This document shows positions 29,196 to 39,936 of a stretch of 64,000 nt of DNA, piece after piece. Origin of the DNA: Anaerohalosphaeraceae bacterium. Lineage in GTDB: Bacteria > Planctomycetota > Phycisphaerae > Sedimentisphaerales > Anaerohalosphaeraceae. Location of the stretch: positions 160,001-224,000 of the forward strand of contig CAXXSL010000016.1 of the NCBI GenBank assembly GCA_963675525.2, in the 5' to 3' direction. The notes beneath the pieces were generated by a model. The model saw only the letters and a list, made by a program, of their open reading frames with translations. It was not told the DNA's origin and ran no database searches. Made by a program: the position numbers and the translations under genes. Position 1 is the stretch's first letter. Every line of letters begins with the position of its first letter.

Positions 29196-29404
29196 TCAAC
29201 CGGTCTCCTGTCTTGTTGCCTATATTGCTCCCGGAGGTTCGCGACAGCAAGATGAACATGATTGATCTGTCGGCCATGAGTGCGGCGTGGATGACGACCA
29301 ATGCCAACGCTGACATCGCCCCGCTGGGCAATCCGGACCGGACGGTTGATCTTAATGACCTGCTGGTACTGGCGGACTATTGGCTGGAAGACATCAATCC
29401 CTGA
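29192..29404 (+). CDS. Small dockerin-like-only ORF or gene remnant
   Basis: IDLSAMSAAW..ADIAPLGNPDRTVDLNDLLVLADYWLE. Confidence 0.5.
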   Translation: MINRSPVLLPILLPEVRDSKMNMIDLSAMSAAWMTTNANADIAPLGNPDRTVDLNDLLVLADYWLEDINP

Positions 29405-30845
29405 TTCGGTCCGTATTGGAGATCGTGTGCAGGATCAAGGCGCTGTCGGTATTTTCCGATAACAATTCAAGCGGCGGCAGCAGCAATAATTTTTGTCCGC
29501 TCGACGCCCAGCGATTTTCCACAATAAGGCGTTCGACTGATTCGACCCATTCGGCATAGGAGCCGGCTTTGGGGTGATGAACGCTTAGCGTGCCATAGCA
29601 CAGACTGAGCCGGCGTGCTAATGAGGCGTCCGCACACAGCGACAGAATCGGTACATCAATGCGGGACTTGCTCAACAGCCGCGTCATATTTCCGGTTTCG
29701 GCGGAAGCGACCACCATCGCGGCCTTCACCTCATCCAGAATATGCGCGATCGAGCGTGCCATGCAGGCCTTATCGGCCAGTTCGGGTACGGTCTCGATAC
29801 GCGGGCGAGGAGTGCCGGAAGCATCCAGAAATGTCTCGGTCGTCCGGCTGATATGAGCCAGCGTTTTGACCGCATTTATCGGGTATTTGCCGACGGCCGT
29901 CTCGCCGGAAAGCATGATCGCATCGGCCTGATCCATAACCGCATTGGACACATCGGAGGCTTCGGCTCGGGTCGGCGAGGGGCTTTCAATCATCGACTGC
30001 AGCACCTGCGTGGCCACGATGACGGGCTTGCCGAAATGCCGGCACAACGATGTGATCTTCTTCTGCACCAGCGGCACCTGTGCCAGGTCCATCTCCACGC
30101 CCATATCGCCCCGCGCGACCAATATCCCGTCGGCGGCGTGAATGATCGCCTCGATGTTTTCCACGGCCAGCGGTTTTTCGATCTTGGCGACGACGGGGAT
30201 CGCTGCGCCCTTTTCGGCTAGGTAATCTTTGAGCGTCCGTATCTCGTCGGCGTGCTGGACAAAGCTCAGAGCCAAATAGTCCAGCCCATGCTCGATGGCC
30301 CAATCCACGCATTGCCAGTCTTTTTCGGTGATGGCCTGCGTCGAGAGACGCGTATCCGGCAGGTTGATGCCCTTATGGCTGCAAAGCGGACCGCCGACAA
30401 GCACTTTGCAGCGGACCACAGTATCGGTTTTTGACAGGACGGCCAATACAATCTGGCCGTCGTCAATCAGGATGCGCTGGCCCGGTTGGACATCGGTCAC
30501 AAAATCCGCGTAACCGGTCGTGATATGCGAAGCGTTGCCGACGCCATCGCCGACGGAAATATCCAGTTCCTGCTCGTCAGCCAGCACGGTATCCGGCTCA
30601 ATTTGCCCTGTGCGTATCTTCGGGCCGCACAGGTCGCCCATGACGGCCACAGAGTGCACAAACTCGTCGCGGACCGCGTTGATACGGTCAAGCATGGCCG
30701 CATGGCTGTCGAACGTGCCGTGCGAGAAATTCAGCCGGAACGTGCAAACACGGTGGTCAATAAATTGGCGAAGCATCTCAGTCGAGCCCGAAGCCGGCCC
30801 AAGCGTCGCAACAATTCCCGTTTTAGCAAAATTTGATAGTTGCAT
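29394..30845 (-). CDS. pyk: Pyruvate kinase
   Basis: IVATLGPAS, RLNFSHG, GPKIRTG, AKIEKP, VARGDMGVE, PTRAEASDV, MLSGETA. Confidence 0.96.
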   Translation of the reverse strand: MQLSNFAKTGIVATLGPASGSTEMLRQFIDHRVCTFRLNFSHGTFDSHAAMLDRINAVRDEFVHSVAVMGDLCGPKIRTGQIEPDTVLADEQELDISVGDGVGNASHITTGYADFVTDVQPGQRILIDDGQIVLAVLSKTDTVVRCKVLVGGPLCSHKGINLPDTRLSTQAITEKDWQCVDWAIEHGLDYLALSFVQHADEIRTLKDYLAEKGAAIPVVAKIEKPLAVENIEAIIHAADGILVARGDMGVEMDLAQVPLVQKKITSLCRHFGKPVIVATQVLQSMIESPSPTRAEASDVSNAVMDQADAIMLSGETAVGKYPINAVKTLAHISRTTETFLDASGTPRPRIETVPELADKACMARSIAHILDEVKAAMVVASAETGNMTRLLSKSRIDVPILSLCADASLARRLSLCYGTLSVHHPKAGSYAEWVESVERLIVENRWASSGQKLLLLPPLELLSENTDSALILHTISNTDRIRD

Positions 30846-31020
30846 ATCAATCGATTCCTGAAAATCACCGGTTAATCATCCATTTCGTACCCCTGTACTA
30901 TATTCAATCCAGATCGATTTGTCTCGCAGAAAACAGATTTGATTTTACAGGCCCGATTGAACTGTTTATAATACTCTTCTATACGGTGAAAACCAATTAC
31001 ACAATCAGAAAGAGGTTTTC

Positions 31021-31578
31021 ATGAAAACATCTTTATACATTATATCCGTTTTTCTGCCGTTGCTATTGGGTCTGTGCGGTGGCTGCTCCGGCATCCATAA
31101 AGCCCAGGCCCTGAACTTTTACGAACATCCGGCGGTCATCAGTCTCGCAAAAGACATGTCAAAAGACGGTGCCGTCACCGTGATAAAGACCACGCTGGCA
31201 GCCGATCCAACAGCGGCCGGGTGCGAAGTAACATCTGAGGGCATTCAAACACAACAGCAAGTGACCCGGCCCGCCCTGTATGCTCCGGAGATACATAACA
31301 ACCGTGTGTCCTCTGGCATGGCCCACTCCGACTGGAAGGGTCCTGACTATTTTGCTCAGCAAGTTCAACCGGAACAGGAGATGACCATAAGTATCTTTTT
31401 ACCGTTTTCCGAAATCAATCAAATCAGCATAAGAACCGGCAGACAAAAAACAGAAATTCTACATCAAATCATAATGTCTGCGGATGGTCAAAAAGACATA
31501 AACGCCATCGTAAACGACAGCGGCCTGAATAATTTCCTCGCCGCACTATATGTTCTCTGTCCCAATCTGCACGACTGA
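31021..31578 (+). CDS. Hypothetical lipoprotein
   Basis: Signal peptide ending GGC; GAGG RBS. Confidence 0.65.
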   Translation: MKTSLYIISVFLPLLLGLCGGCSGIHKAQALNFYEHPAVISLAKDMSKDGAVTVIKTTLAADPTAAGCEVTSEGIQTQQQVTRPALYAPEIHNNRVSSGMAHSDWKGPDYFAQQVQPEQEMTISIFLPFSEINQISIRTGRQKTEILHQIIMSADGQKDINAIVNDSGLNNFLAALYVLCPNLHD

Positions 31579-31657
31579 ACCAACCGCTTGTTAGTCATTC
31601 GCGCAATGTCGAATCTATCCTGTTTCCCAACCCACATGCCCGTGAGGAATTGATTTG

Positions 31658-34312
31658 TCATTCTGTTGGCGGCGTGCCTGCAAGCCAGTTCTCAGCCAGC
31701 ATTATAAAATCTATCAAATTAACAAAACCGTTGCCGTCAATATCGCCTGCGATATTGCTGGATTTGCTGGCCTGATTAGTCCCGCCGTAAGCGCCCATAT
31801 TAATCCGCCCGCCGTTGCCTGCAGGTTCATAGCCTGCGTTGTCGGCCGGGTCGCCGGCATCAATACAGGGGCTTGTGTACGTATCCGTAATCCAAAGAGG
31901 CCCATCCAGTGTTAGATTGATTCGCCCGGCCCGGGACTGTAAGTGAAAGTCGCCTCCGCCCGCAAACAATGGGTCCGTATCGATGTTCCCGCCGCCGTCT
32001 GCTCCCAAAGAACTGTCCCATCCGGCTCCGCTGCCGCCGCACCCGGCAATATCACTGTAGCGTATTATCGGAAGATTGGTTTGATTATAAACCTCGTTTC
32101 CCGAAATTGACGCGGTATCGGCCCACAGGATACAATTGGCAATGGCCAGACTGCTTTGATTGTTGTGCATTCCACCACCATACTCATAAGCCTTATTTTT
32201 GTTGAATATACAGTTTGCTACGGTTGGACTGCAACCAATTCCGTTGTACATTCCGCCGCCATTTCCAGCTATATTGCCACTGAATATACAGTTTGTTACA
32301 GTTGGACTGCTGTCAGTATCGTTGTACATTCCGCCGCCACGATAATAATTATGTGAATAAGCCATATTTTCGCTGAATATACAGTTCGTTATGGTTGGAC
32401 TGCTGCCAATCCCGTTGTGCATTCCGCCGCCGTCATAGGCTGAATTGGCGATGAATGTGCAGTTTGTTACAATTGGATTGCTGTTTTCAGCATTGGACAT
32501 TCCGCCACCGCTGCCTTCAAGGGCCGAATTTTCGATAAATTGACAATCAGTGACTGTCGGACTGCTGTGTTCGTTATACATTCCGGCACCGCCGCCGTTT
32601 CGGTAGGATGAATTGCCCGTAAAAATGCAATTGGTTATTATCAGGTTACTGTTCTTGTTATACATTCCGCCTCTGCCATTATCGATATTGGTGATTGTAA
32701 AACCCTGCAGCACCGTATATTGATCACAATCCTCCGCGGTCACAACGGACAGATCGTTATTGTTTGCACGGATAATACAGCGATCAGTGTCGGCACCGAT
32801 TACACTAACGCCGCATTTTAACGTGATAGTTTCATTGTAAGTTCCGTTTGCCACGGAGACAACGTAGCCATACTCGCCCACATTGATTCCATCCTGAATT
32901 TTATCAAAAGCATTCACGCCCCAGATATGCCCGTCATTGAATCCACTATCCGTGTAGTCATCATCCACCCAGACTTTGATAGGAATAAATTCGCTAACCA
33001 AATCTTTTATTTCTTTGGGGATCAATGCCTCGCTATAGATTCTCACATCGTCAATGAGACCCTTGAAAAATCGATTGTAGCCTTGTATTTCACATAAACC
33101 GATTTGAACATTTTGTATCTCACCCGTATTGATTGTTCCGGCTTCAAACGAGCTGAGGCCTTCACGTTGACCGTCCACATAGAGAATCGCTTCTGAAATG
33201 TCTGCTGAGCCGTCATCTGCCAGAACAACCGCGATGTGATGCCATTGTCCGTCAGACAATGGCGAGCTTCCTGCAATGCCGCCCCCACTAATGGAAACTC
33301 TCAAATGTCCATTGGTGTCTATCAATACAAGCCACTTCTCTCCGATGTCGATAGATCCCCAACTGAGGATTTCCTTGTTAACAGAGTCTGTCTTTATCCA
33401 CGCCATACAACTCCGGCTCGAACTGCCGCTGATGCCCTTGTAGTCATCCGCCTCGATATAATCATCGGCACCATCAAAATCCAATGCGTACCCTTCAATG
33501 CCCGCTGTCCAGTCGCTGTCGTCCATATTCACAAGTGTACCGTCGTGTCCGCCCGCAATATCTGGCGCAATAACCCCGGAAGTCTCGTTTAAAGGGAGAT
33601 GGAAAATCGGGTTTAGAAGTCGCCAGAAAATAGCATCATTAATTTCGCTTTCGCTCAACACTTGGTCATAAATTCGCACATCGTCAATGAGTCCCTCGAA
33701 ATATCTTTCTCCAGTGTAATACATCCCAATCTGTACGTTTTGGTAGCTGCCCGTATGAATGGGTTCATCAGCGGATGAGCTGATCGTTTCAAGATTCCCG
33801 TCGACATAGAGCTTCGCTTCGTTGACATCCGGACTGCCGTCATCCTCCAGGACGACCGCAATATGGTGCCAACTGCCGTCGTTGATGACTGTGGTGCCGA
33901 TGATATTGCCGCCTTGTACTTCCGCGCGAAGCTGACCGCCCTCATTGACGCGGATCACCCAGCGACCACCGGTGTAATCTTCCCCCCAGCTAATAATCTC
34001 GTCGGTTGGTTGGATTGTTTTGATCCATGCCATACAGGTTCGGCTGGCGCCGCCGGGGATGCCCTTATAGCCGGGGATTTCCAAATAATCATCAATGCCA
34101 TCGAAAGAAAGCCCCCCGTCGATAATGCCATCGGTCCAAATCGGCCCATTCATTAAAATGCCGTTTGCATCTCCGATAAAATCGGCAGCAATGATTCCGC
34201 TGGTTTCATCCAATTTCCACCAGGCAACCGGTTCCGGTTCTGCCTTCGCCGCTGAAAAAGATACGAATAAACAAAGTCCTATGAAAATCAAATATGAGAC
34301 GGGTCTTTTCAT
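31658..34312 (-). CDS. Secreted protein: two LamG domains, right-handed beta-helix (GGGMYN repeats), dockerin-like tail
   Basis: FDGxDDY, WHHIAVV, GLIDDVRIY twice; repeated GGGMxN..SPTVTNCxF; SPCIDAG, NMGAYGGT; GDIDGNGFVNLIDF. Confidence 0.88.
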   Translation of the reverse strand: MKRPVSYLIFIGLCLFVSFSAAKAEPEPVAWWKLDETSGIIAADFIGDANGILMNGPIWTDGIIDGGLSFDGIDDYLEIPGYKGIPGGASRTCMAWIKTIQPTDEIISWGEDYTGGRWVIRVNEGGQLRAEVQGGNIIGTTVINDGSWHHIAVVLEDDGSPDVNEAKLYVDGNLETISSSADEPIHTGSYQNVQIGMYYTGERYFEGLIDDVRIYDQVLSESEINDAIFWRLLNPIFHLPLNETSGVIAPDIAGGHDGTLVNMDDSDWTAGIEGYALDFDGADDYIEADDYKGISGSSSRSCMAWIKTDSVNKEILSWGSIDIGEKWLVLIDTNGHLRVSISGGGIAGSSPLSDGQWHHIAVVLADDGSADISEAILYVDGQREGLSSFEAGTINTGEIQNVQIGLCEIQGYNRFFKGLIDDVRIYSEALIPKEIKDLVSEFIPIKVWVDDDYTDSGFNDGHIWGVNAFDKIQDGINVGEYGYVVSVANGTYNETITLKCGVSVIGADTDRCIIRANNNDLSVVTAEDCDQYTVLQGFTITNIDNGRGGMYNKNSNLIITNCIFTGNSSYRNGGGAGMYNEHSSPTVTDCQFIENSALEGSGGGMSNAENSNPIVTNCTFIANSAYDGGGMHNGIGSSPTITNCIFSENMAYSHNYYRGGGMYNDTDSSPTVTNCIFSGNIAGNGGGMYNGIGCSPTVANCIFNKNKAYEYGGGMHNNQSSLAIANCILWADTASISGNEVYNQTNLPIIRYSDIAGCGGSGAGWDSSLGADGGGNIDTDPLFAGGGDFHLQSRAGRINLTLDGPLWITDTYTSPCIDAGDPADNAGYEPAGNGGRINMGAYGGTNQASKSSNIAGDIDGNGFVNLIDFIMLAENWLAGTPPTE

Positions 34313-34313
34313 T

Positions 34314-34562
34314 TTACTTCTCCTTTCTGCAATTCGTCCTAATTATACGGTTTTGGGCCCGTAAAGTCAAGATTTTCCAGGCATGTCTGAAAGCCGCCCA
34401 TCGGTCAGTGATTATGTTCGACAGGCATACGACTCGCCTGCATCGCTCCTTGGCAGCCATAAATCCCGACAGTGTCACTGAGACAAGTAATGTGATAATC
34501 GTAATGACAACGAGTAATTCTATAAGGCGAAATCCGGCCGACGTGATTTTTTGCTTTTGCAT
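34314..34562 (-). pseudogene. Degenerate, truncated prepilin-type N-terminal cleavage protein
   Basis: [33 protein letters not shown], then similarity is lost; lacks the T of GFTLIE and the conserved P. Confidence 0.65.
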
Positions 34563-34883
34563 TGCTCCGTTTCTTTTCCAAATAATTTACTCTTGTAAGA
34601 TTTTTTAGGCTTACAAGAACATAACGGACAGACGAACGGTTTTAGTATAGGCAAAAAGAGATTATGCAAAAATTGCTTGTTTCAGCTTGGTTAATTCATG
34701 TGTGAAAATACATTTGCGGAAATTTTCGGGTGCCTCAAGACCGTTTCTTTGATATTTCAGCTTTTTTAAAAAAATATAATTTTATATATACGAAAAGTAT
34801 CCGCTTAATCGTTCTGAAAAAGAATGGTGTGTTTTAGTTGATTTGCGACCGAAATTATAGATAATATATAATGCCTCAATAAC

Positions 34884-35783
34884 ATGGCGATTACGGAGAC
34901 AGGTATGGAATCAGAGCAATCTGTAGCTAACAGCGGCCAAAAGCAATCCGGCTTTACACTGATTGAACTGCTGGTCGTCATTGCAATCATTGCACTGCTT
35001 TTAGCTATCCTTGTACCGTCGGTCAGGTTAGCGGTTTCAATCGCTCGACAGACAGTATGTCTGTCTAATTTGCGTCAGCTCGGCATTATGTCTTCAATCT
35101 ATTCAAATGAAAACAATCAAATGATTCTCCCCTCAGCTCGCAATAGTGAACCTCAACTTCGTTATCCCGACAATCAGGATGTTTCACTCGGAGGACCACC
35201 CTGGTACGAATTATTGAGAGAGATGCAGGGGCTGGACTGCGACAAAGACGATGCTTCCATTCTTCACTGCCCATCAGACCGCCGGGACAAAGGGTATTGT
35301 TCGTATAGCGCCAATCGTTACGTCATGGGGTTTACATCCCCCAGAGATGCAACCGAGATTGTATTTCCCGTACGCAAAATTACAAGTATCAAAGGTCAGC
35401 TTGGTAATGTGATCATGCTGGGTGAACGGGGTTGTGTTGAAGAAGGCGATATCGGAAAAGTTGATGGCCAATGGTCGATGTCAGGGATTAGTGTATCACA
35501 TTTCCTTGGGGCCGAAGATAATAGTGATAAACTTGGGTATTATGTAGGTAGACATTCCAAACCCAATATTTTTGAAGATGGCAATGTACTGGTTGCTGCA
35601 AATTTAAAACTGCCGTTTCTTTTGTTAGATGGACACGCTGAAGTTTATGAAGGACAATTAAATTGTACCGACGATAATACAAACACGGATGTCTATTGGG
35701 AATACGACAATATTACAGTGCCGCAGTCGCCCGATGGATACTGGCCTGTACTACAGTCACAAAATCAACATTACGGCTCCTGA
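34884..35783 (+). CDS. Prepilin-type N-terminal cleavage/methylation protein with H-X9-DG-like C-terminus
   Basis: [50 protein letters not shown]. Confidence 0.88.
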   Translation: MAITETGMESEQSVANSGQKQSGFTLIELLVVIAIIALLLAILVPSVRLAVSIARQTVCLSNLRQLGIMSSIYSNENNQMILPSARNSEPQLRYPDNQDVSLGGPPWYELLREMQGLDCDKDDASILHCPSDRRDKGYCSYSANRYVMGFTSPRDATEIVFPVRKITSIKGQLGNVIMLGERGCVEEGDIGKVDGQWSMSGISVSHFLGAEDNSDKLGYYVGRHSKPNIFEDGNVLVAANLKLPFLLLDGHAEVYEGQLNCTDDNTNTDVYWEYDNITVPQSPDGYWPVLQSQNQHYGS

Positions 35784-35828
35784 TCCGGCAAAATCGAATG
35801 GCTGACAGTTTTTATAGAGTGATACTGG

Positions 35829-36359
35829 ATGTTCGAAGACAAACAACTTATTAATAAACTTAAGAATGGCGACAAGAAAGCGCTGTGTCGAATCTACCAG
35901 AAGTACGGAGATTCGCTGCTGGCAATGGCAGTTGGAATCCTGCATGATCATGGACTTGCTGAAGACGTTTTACATGATGTGTTCCTGGCGTTTGTACGGG
36001 ATATTAACAGTTTCATGTTGACGGGAAAACTTAAAAGATATCTGGCCAAATGTGTGGCTAACCGAGCAATCGATTTATTGCGGGCTAAGAAGAACCATAC
36101 GGTTGATCTTGATGGGATCAATCCTGTTATGGCCGATACTCCTTTACCGTATCAGGTTGCTGCAAAACAGGAAGAATTGCGGCAATTGGACGACGCTTTG
36201 AGCCGACTGCCAATTGAACAGCGGCAGGTTATTATGATGCACATACATGGCCAGATGGGATATCGTCAGATTGCTCTTTGTCAGGGCGTGTCAATAAATA
36301 CGATTCAGGGCAGATATCGTTATGGCATGAAGAAACTAAAATCATTATTGCTTGGGTAG
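35829..36359 (+). CDS. ECF RNA polymerase sigma factor
   Basis: GDKKAL, AEDVLHDVF, NRAIDLLR, LPIEQRQV, SINTIQGRYRYG. Confidence 0.92.
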   Translation: MFEDKQLINKLKNGDKKALCRIYQKYGDSLLAMAVGILHDHGLAEDVLHDVFLAFVRDINSFMLTGKLKRYLAKCVANRAIDLLRAKKNHTVDLDGINPVMADTPLPYQVAAKQEELRQLDDALSRLPIEQRQVIMMHIHGQMGYRQIALCQGVSINTIQGRYRYGMKKLKSLLLG

Positions 36360-36363
36360 AAAA

Positions 36364-37242
36364 ATGAAATCTAAAAAAGACATCAAAAAACTAATACTTA
36401 GACAAAAAGTCGAAACTGACCGGAAGACACGGGATAAAATTTTGGCGGGAGCCTTTGAACTGCTCGATGATTTAAAAGACGATAACCGGTATTCGAAACC
36501 ATTGAATTTTTATCAGATTGTTTTGAATAACAGAGTCGCTCAGCTTGCGGCAGTTGCAAGTGTAATCATTGCGATATTTGCCATCTCTCACTTTATCGGA
36601 AAGCCCGTAAAAGTTTGTTCGATAGCAATGGCCCAGGTAACTGAAAATATTAACAATGTCCATACTTTCACATACCGTCATCAACAGCAAATTTTGGATG
36701 GCATACTTAAGGGGACTGATAAAACAGAAACGGTGCTGTACATTTCGCCGGATCATGGTATCCGACTGGGGACTTATGTGGACGGCAAGACGGAAATGCG
36801 AACATTTTTATTACCCGCAGAAAAAGTTAAGATAACTGTCATGCCGGAAGAGAAGCAATATAAACGTGACGAGCTAACGGAGCAGACGTTTGAGCAGGTT
36901 CAGCGTGAAAATGATCCCCGCGATTTGATTCGACAGTTTTTGTCATCTGATTACACGGATTTGGGTTGCACGGTTGTATGCGGTATTCAGGCACGTGGTA
37001 TTGAGGTGAGAAATCCCGGTTTTTTGAAACATTCAATGACGGATGTGGTTGGCAGGTTGTGGATTAACGTCAAAACGCAATTACCTGTAAGAATGGAACT
37101 GGAGGGGAAAGATCTCGTAAGTTCAAATAGAATCAAGATCGTTACGGATGAATTTCGCTGGGAAGCAGGCTTGCAAGAGGATGACTTTGGCCCATTCATT
37201 CCGGAAGATTATGTGCTTGAAGAGCCGGAAAACGGAGATTGA
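36364..37242 (+). CDS. Putative membrane-anchored anti-sigma factor with LolA-like periplasmic domain
   Basis: Directly follows the ECF sigma; one TM (LAAVASVII); LWINVKTQLPVRME, FIPEDY. Confidence 0.7.
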   Translation: MKSKKDIKKLILRQKVETDRKTRDKILAGAFELLDDLKDDNRYSKPLNFYQIVLNNRVAQLAAVASVIIAIFAISHFIGKPVKVCSIAMAQVTENINNVHTFTYRHQQQILDGILKGTDKTETVLYISPDHGIRLGTYVDGKTEMRTFLLPAEKVKITVMPEEKQYKRDELTEQTFEQVQRENDPRDLIRQFLSSDYTDLGCTVVCGIQARGIEVRNPGFLKHSMTDVVGRLWINVKTQLPVRMELEGKDLVSSNRIKIVTDEFRWEAGLQEDDFGPFIPEDYVLEEPENGD

Positions 37243-37306
37243 AAAAAACCTAAAAACAGCATTTAAATCGCCAAAAATAAACTTCCCCCGCAAAAAATGC
37301 CCGGCT

Positions 37307-37981
37307 TTATGACCCCCGAACATCCCGGATGATTTGCAGCGTCTTCTTAATATTTTCGGTGATGCCTTCGAAGTCACCGGAGCGGAGGCATTCTTTGGTG
37401 AACAGTTTGGAACTCATGCCAACGCAGGCGGCTCCTGCGGAGAACCATTCTCCCAACGATTCCGCGGTCGGTGCAATGCCGCCCATGGCAATCATCTCGG
37501 TCCACGGCATCGGGCCTTTGACGGCTTTGATAAACGCCGGGCCGCCGAGACAGTCGCCGGGGAACAGCTTGCACAACTCAACACCGAGCGTGTGGGCTTT
37601 GTGAATCTCGGTGACGGTGCCGCAACCAGGCATAAAGGGAATCTTGCGGCCGTTACAAATCAGCGCAACCTCTTCAACAAGAACAGGGCTGACGATAAAA
37701 TCCGCCCCGCCGGCGATGTACTGGGCCGCGGTGGAAGCATCGAGAATGGAACCGGCACCGAGGATCATATCGGGCCATCGGCTGTCGCGCTGGGCGGCCA
37801 GTTGGCCGAAGACCTCGATGGCCCGGTCGCCGCGGTTGGTAAACTCGATGACCGTCGCCCCGCCGGCATAGGATGCCTCCAAAATCGATGTGGCGGTCGG
37901 GATGTCCGGCGTGTTAAATATAGGCACCAGTCCCAGTGTTTTTATGCGTTTCAATGTTTCCATGCGGCTGTGTCGCGCCAT
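37307..37981 (-). CDS. eda: KHG/KDPG aldolase
   Basis: IEFTNRG, GAGSILD, GADFIVSP, PGCGTVTEI, KLFPG. Confidence 0.88.
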   Translation of the reverse strand: MARHSRMETLKRIKTLGLVPIFNTPDIPTATSILEASYAGGATVIEFTNRGDRAIEVFGQLAAQRDSRWPDMILGAGSILDASTAAQYIAGGADFIVSPVLVEEVALICNGRKIPFMPGCGTVTEIHKAHTLGVELCKLFPGDCLGGPAFIKAVKGPMPWTEMIAMGGIAPTAESLGEWFSAGAACVGMSSKLFTKECLRSGDFEGITENIKKTLQIIRDVRGS

Positions 37982-38172
37982 GTTTGAGCCTCCAAAAGAT
38001 AAGACCGATAATATAACCGAATGCCGATATCATACCGCCTAAATGCCGCCTAATCAATCTTTATTGTCGGGATTGGGCGATGATTTAATTGCCCGGATTT
38101 TGGCCCCGGCGAGCGATTATTTAGTATCTTTTATATGTAGTCTCGTTAAAGACATTTAGTGAGGTGATACTC

Positions 38173-38796
38173 ATGTCTATTCGGCGTGAAGATAAAGAAT
38201 TGATCTATAATCTGGGCATTCTTGGCAGCTTGGTGGGGGCCTGTCTGGGTGTGTTTTTGACCGTTCATCTGTCCAACCGGGCACATGAGCAGCATCAAAA
38301 ACAGAGCGAAATCCAGCAGACCAACGAGGCGATTGTCAAGCTGAGTTCTGCGACAATCAACCCGGAGATGCCGGCTTTGGATCAGTCTCTCTTAAAACAG
38401 GTGCAGGAACAAATGCAACAGGAACAGCCCGACGTGCCCAAAAACGCCGACCAGAGCTTCTGGCTTCGGATCCCGCGATGGGGTTTTTTGAGCCTCTGCG
38501 GGGCAAGCGGCATTGCAGGCGTAATCGCCGGCTTTTCGACGGTATGGGTAACGTGCTGGAGCGGATCGGTATTCACTTACTATTTCATTCGGCTGATCTA
38601 CAAGGCCATACGTAAGGTCGCTCCAAACAGCAAGATCGCCCAGGAGCCGACACCTAAAAAAGTCACGACGGTCGGGTCGTCTGTTTTTCAGCGGAATGAG
38701 AATCGCATTTTGCCGGTGGTTATTAAACTCATCTTCCTGCTGATTCTTGTGCTGAGTGTTCTGGGCATTGTTGTCTGGCATATCGCGGGAATGTAA
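38173..38796 (+). CDS. Hypothetical membrane protein
   Basis: GAGGTG RBS; three hydrophobic segments. Confidence 0.65.
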   Translation: MSIRREDKELIYNLGILGSLVGACLGVFLTVHLSNRAHEQHQKQSEIQQTNEAIVKLSSATINPEMPALDQSLLKQVQEQMQQEQPDVPKNADQSFWLRIPRWGFLSLCGASGIAGVIAGFSTVWVTCWSGSVFTYYFIRLIYKAIRKVAPNSKIAQEPTPKKVTTVGSSVFQRNENRILPVVIKLIFLLILVLSVLGIVVWHIAGM

Positions 38797-38812
38797 AAGG
38801 TTGTCTGATTGC

Positions 38813-39787
38813 TTATCGTGATAGGATATCCCAGTCGGGGCATATGATCTCATCCTGTTTAAGCATACAAACACCATTCGGACAGGAGCCAATATCCGGC
38901 ATCAGTGTCTGACCGTTTCGCATGGCAATGATGTTCTTACAGAAATCCGCCCCCGCCAAATGCGAACAGGGATACCCACCTCCAAAACGCGGATTGATCT
39001 CCAGCAGTTTGGGGCCGTCTTTGTCAACAATGACATCGACATCGGCTGGCCCGAAAAGCTCCATACAGGAAAGCAGTTTGCTGCCGAATTCAATCAGGGC
39101 CGGATTATCCGCACTGACTGCCTTATCTGTTTCGCCGGCACGCATCGCCAGCTTCTTTTTGCAATAAACACTTATCGGACGACAATTCTGATCGCCAAAG
39201 AGATCGTAACCGTATTCATCACCTTTTATAATTTCCTGAATCATCGGCTCCGGCGTCGCCTCATAAGCAGCTTCAAGCTGGAGTTTATCATCACAGACGG
39301 AAATATTAACGGAGGCGCTGCCTTTGCGGGGTTTGACCATCACCGGCCAATTCAAGGCACCAACCGTCAACTGGTCCAATGCTTCTGAGAGATGGATAAA
39401 CGTCTGCGGTGCGGCAAGGCCATTGGCGAGGGCAAACTGGTAAGTCTGGTATTTATCGGACGCCATTTGAATCGTCTTTTCCGGCGAAACCAGCAGCATG
39501 ATGCCCGCATCGGCAAAGGTTTTCACCTGTGAGGACAACACTTCCAGTTCCGGGTCGATCAGCGGAATGGCAACGTCAATGCCGTTTTTTTGGCAGATTT
39601 CCAGCAACGCCTGTGGATAATAGCCCTTTTTGACCTCGGGAACAATCGCGGTTCCATCACAATAGGTAAACGCGGGCGAACAGGGACTGTTATCGGCACC
39701 CCAGACCTGACCATCAGAGCCAAGGGCCTCTTTAAAGTACTTGACGAGGTAGCCTCGTCTGCCGACTGAAGAGAGTAATATGTTCAT
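38813..39787 (-). CDS. ATP-grasp enzyme (carbamoyl-phosphate-synthase-like type found in polysaccharide loci)
   Basis: NILLSSVGRR, PLIDPEL, DKYQTY, VKPRKGSAS, LEINPRFGGGYP. Confidence 0.88.
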   Translation of the reverse strand: MNILLSSVGRRGYLVKYFKEALGSDGQVWGADNSPCSPAFTYCDGTAIVPEVKKGYYPQALLEICQKNGIDVAIPLIDPELEVLSSQVKTFADAGIMLLVSPEKTIQMASDKYQTYQFALANGLAAPQTFIHLSEALDQLTVGALNWPVMVKPRKGSASVNISVCDDKLQLEAAYEATPEPMIQEIIKGDEYGYDLFGDQNCRPISVYCKKKLAMRAGETDKAVSADNPALIEFGSKLLSCMELFGPADVDVIVDKDGPKLLEINPRFGGGYPCSHLAGADFCKNIIAMRNGQTLMPDIGSCPNGVCMLKQDEIICPDWDILSR

Positions 39788-39936
39788 AAGATTAAACCGT
39801 GTATTTCTTCGTCCAGATTGTACCAATTCTCAACTAAATTTCAAAAGATATTTGCCGATAAATACTTATAGACTTTTTGGACCAAAATCCATAGAATAAA
39901 GTGTTGTCTTAAACCCTGTCTGGAGGATGTAACGCC

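Noticed and set aside
29190..29200. Stop-codon readthrough fusing the protease to the downstream dockerin-like ORF
   Set aside because: The ORFs are in different frames and no slippery sequence is evident.
32150..32680. Repeated ACATTCCGCCGCC DNA motif as a non-coding array
   Set aside because: Explained by GGGMYN beta-helix repeats of the 31658-34312 protein.
38020..38058. CCG-phased repeats upstream of eda resembling 23041-23057
   Set aside because: Too short and degenerate to distinguish from chance.
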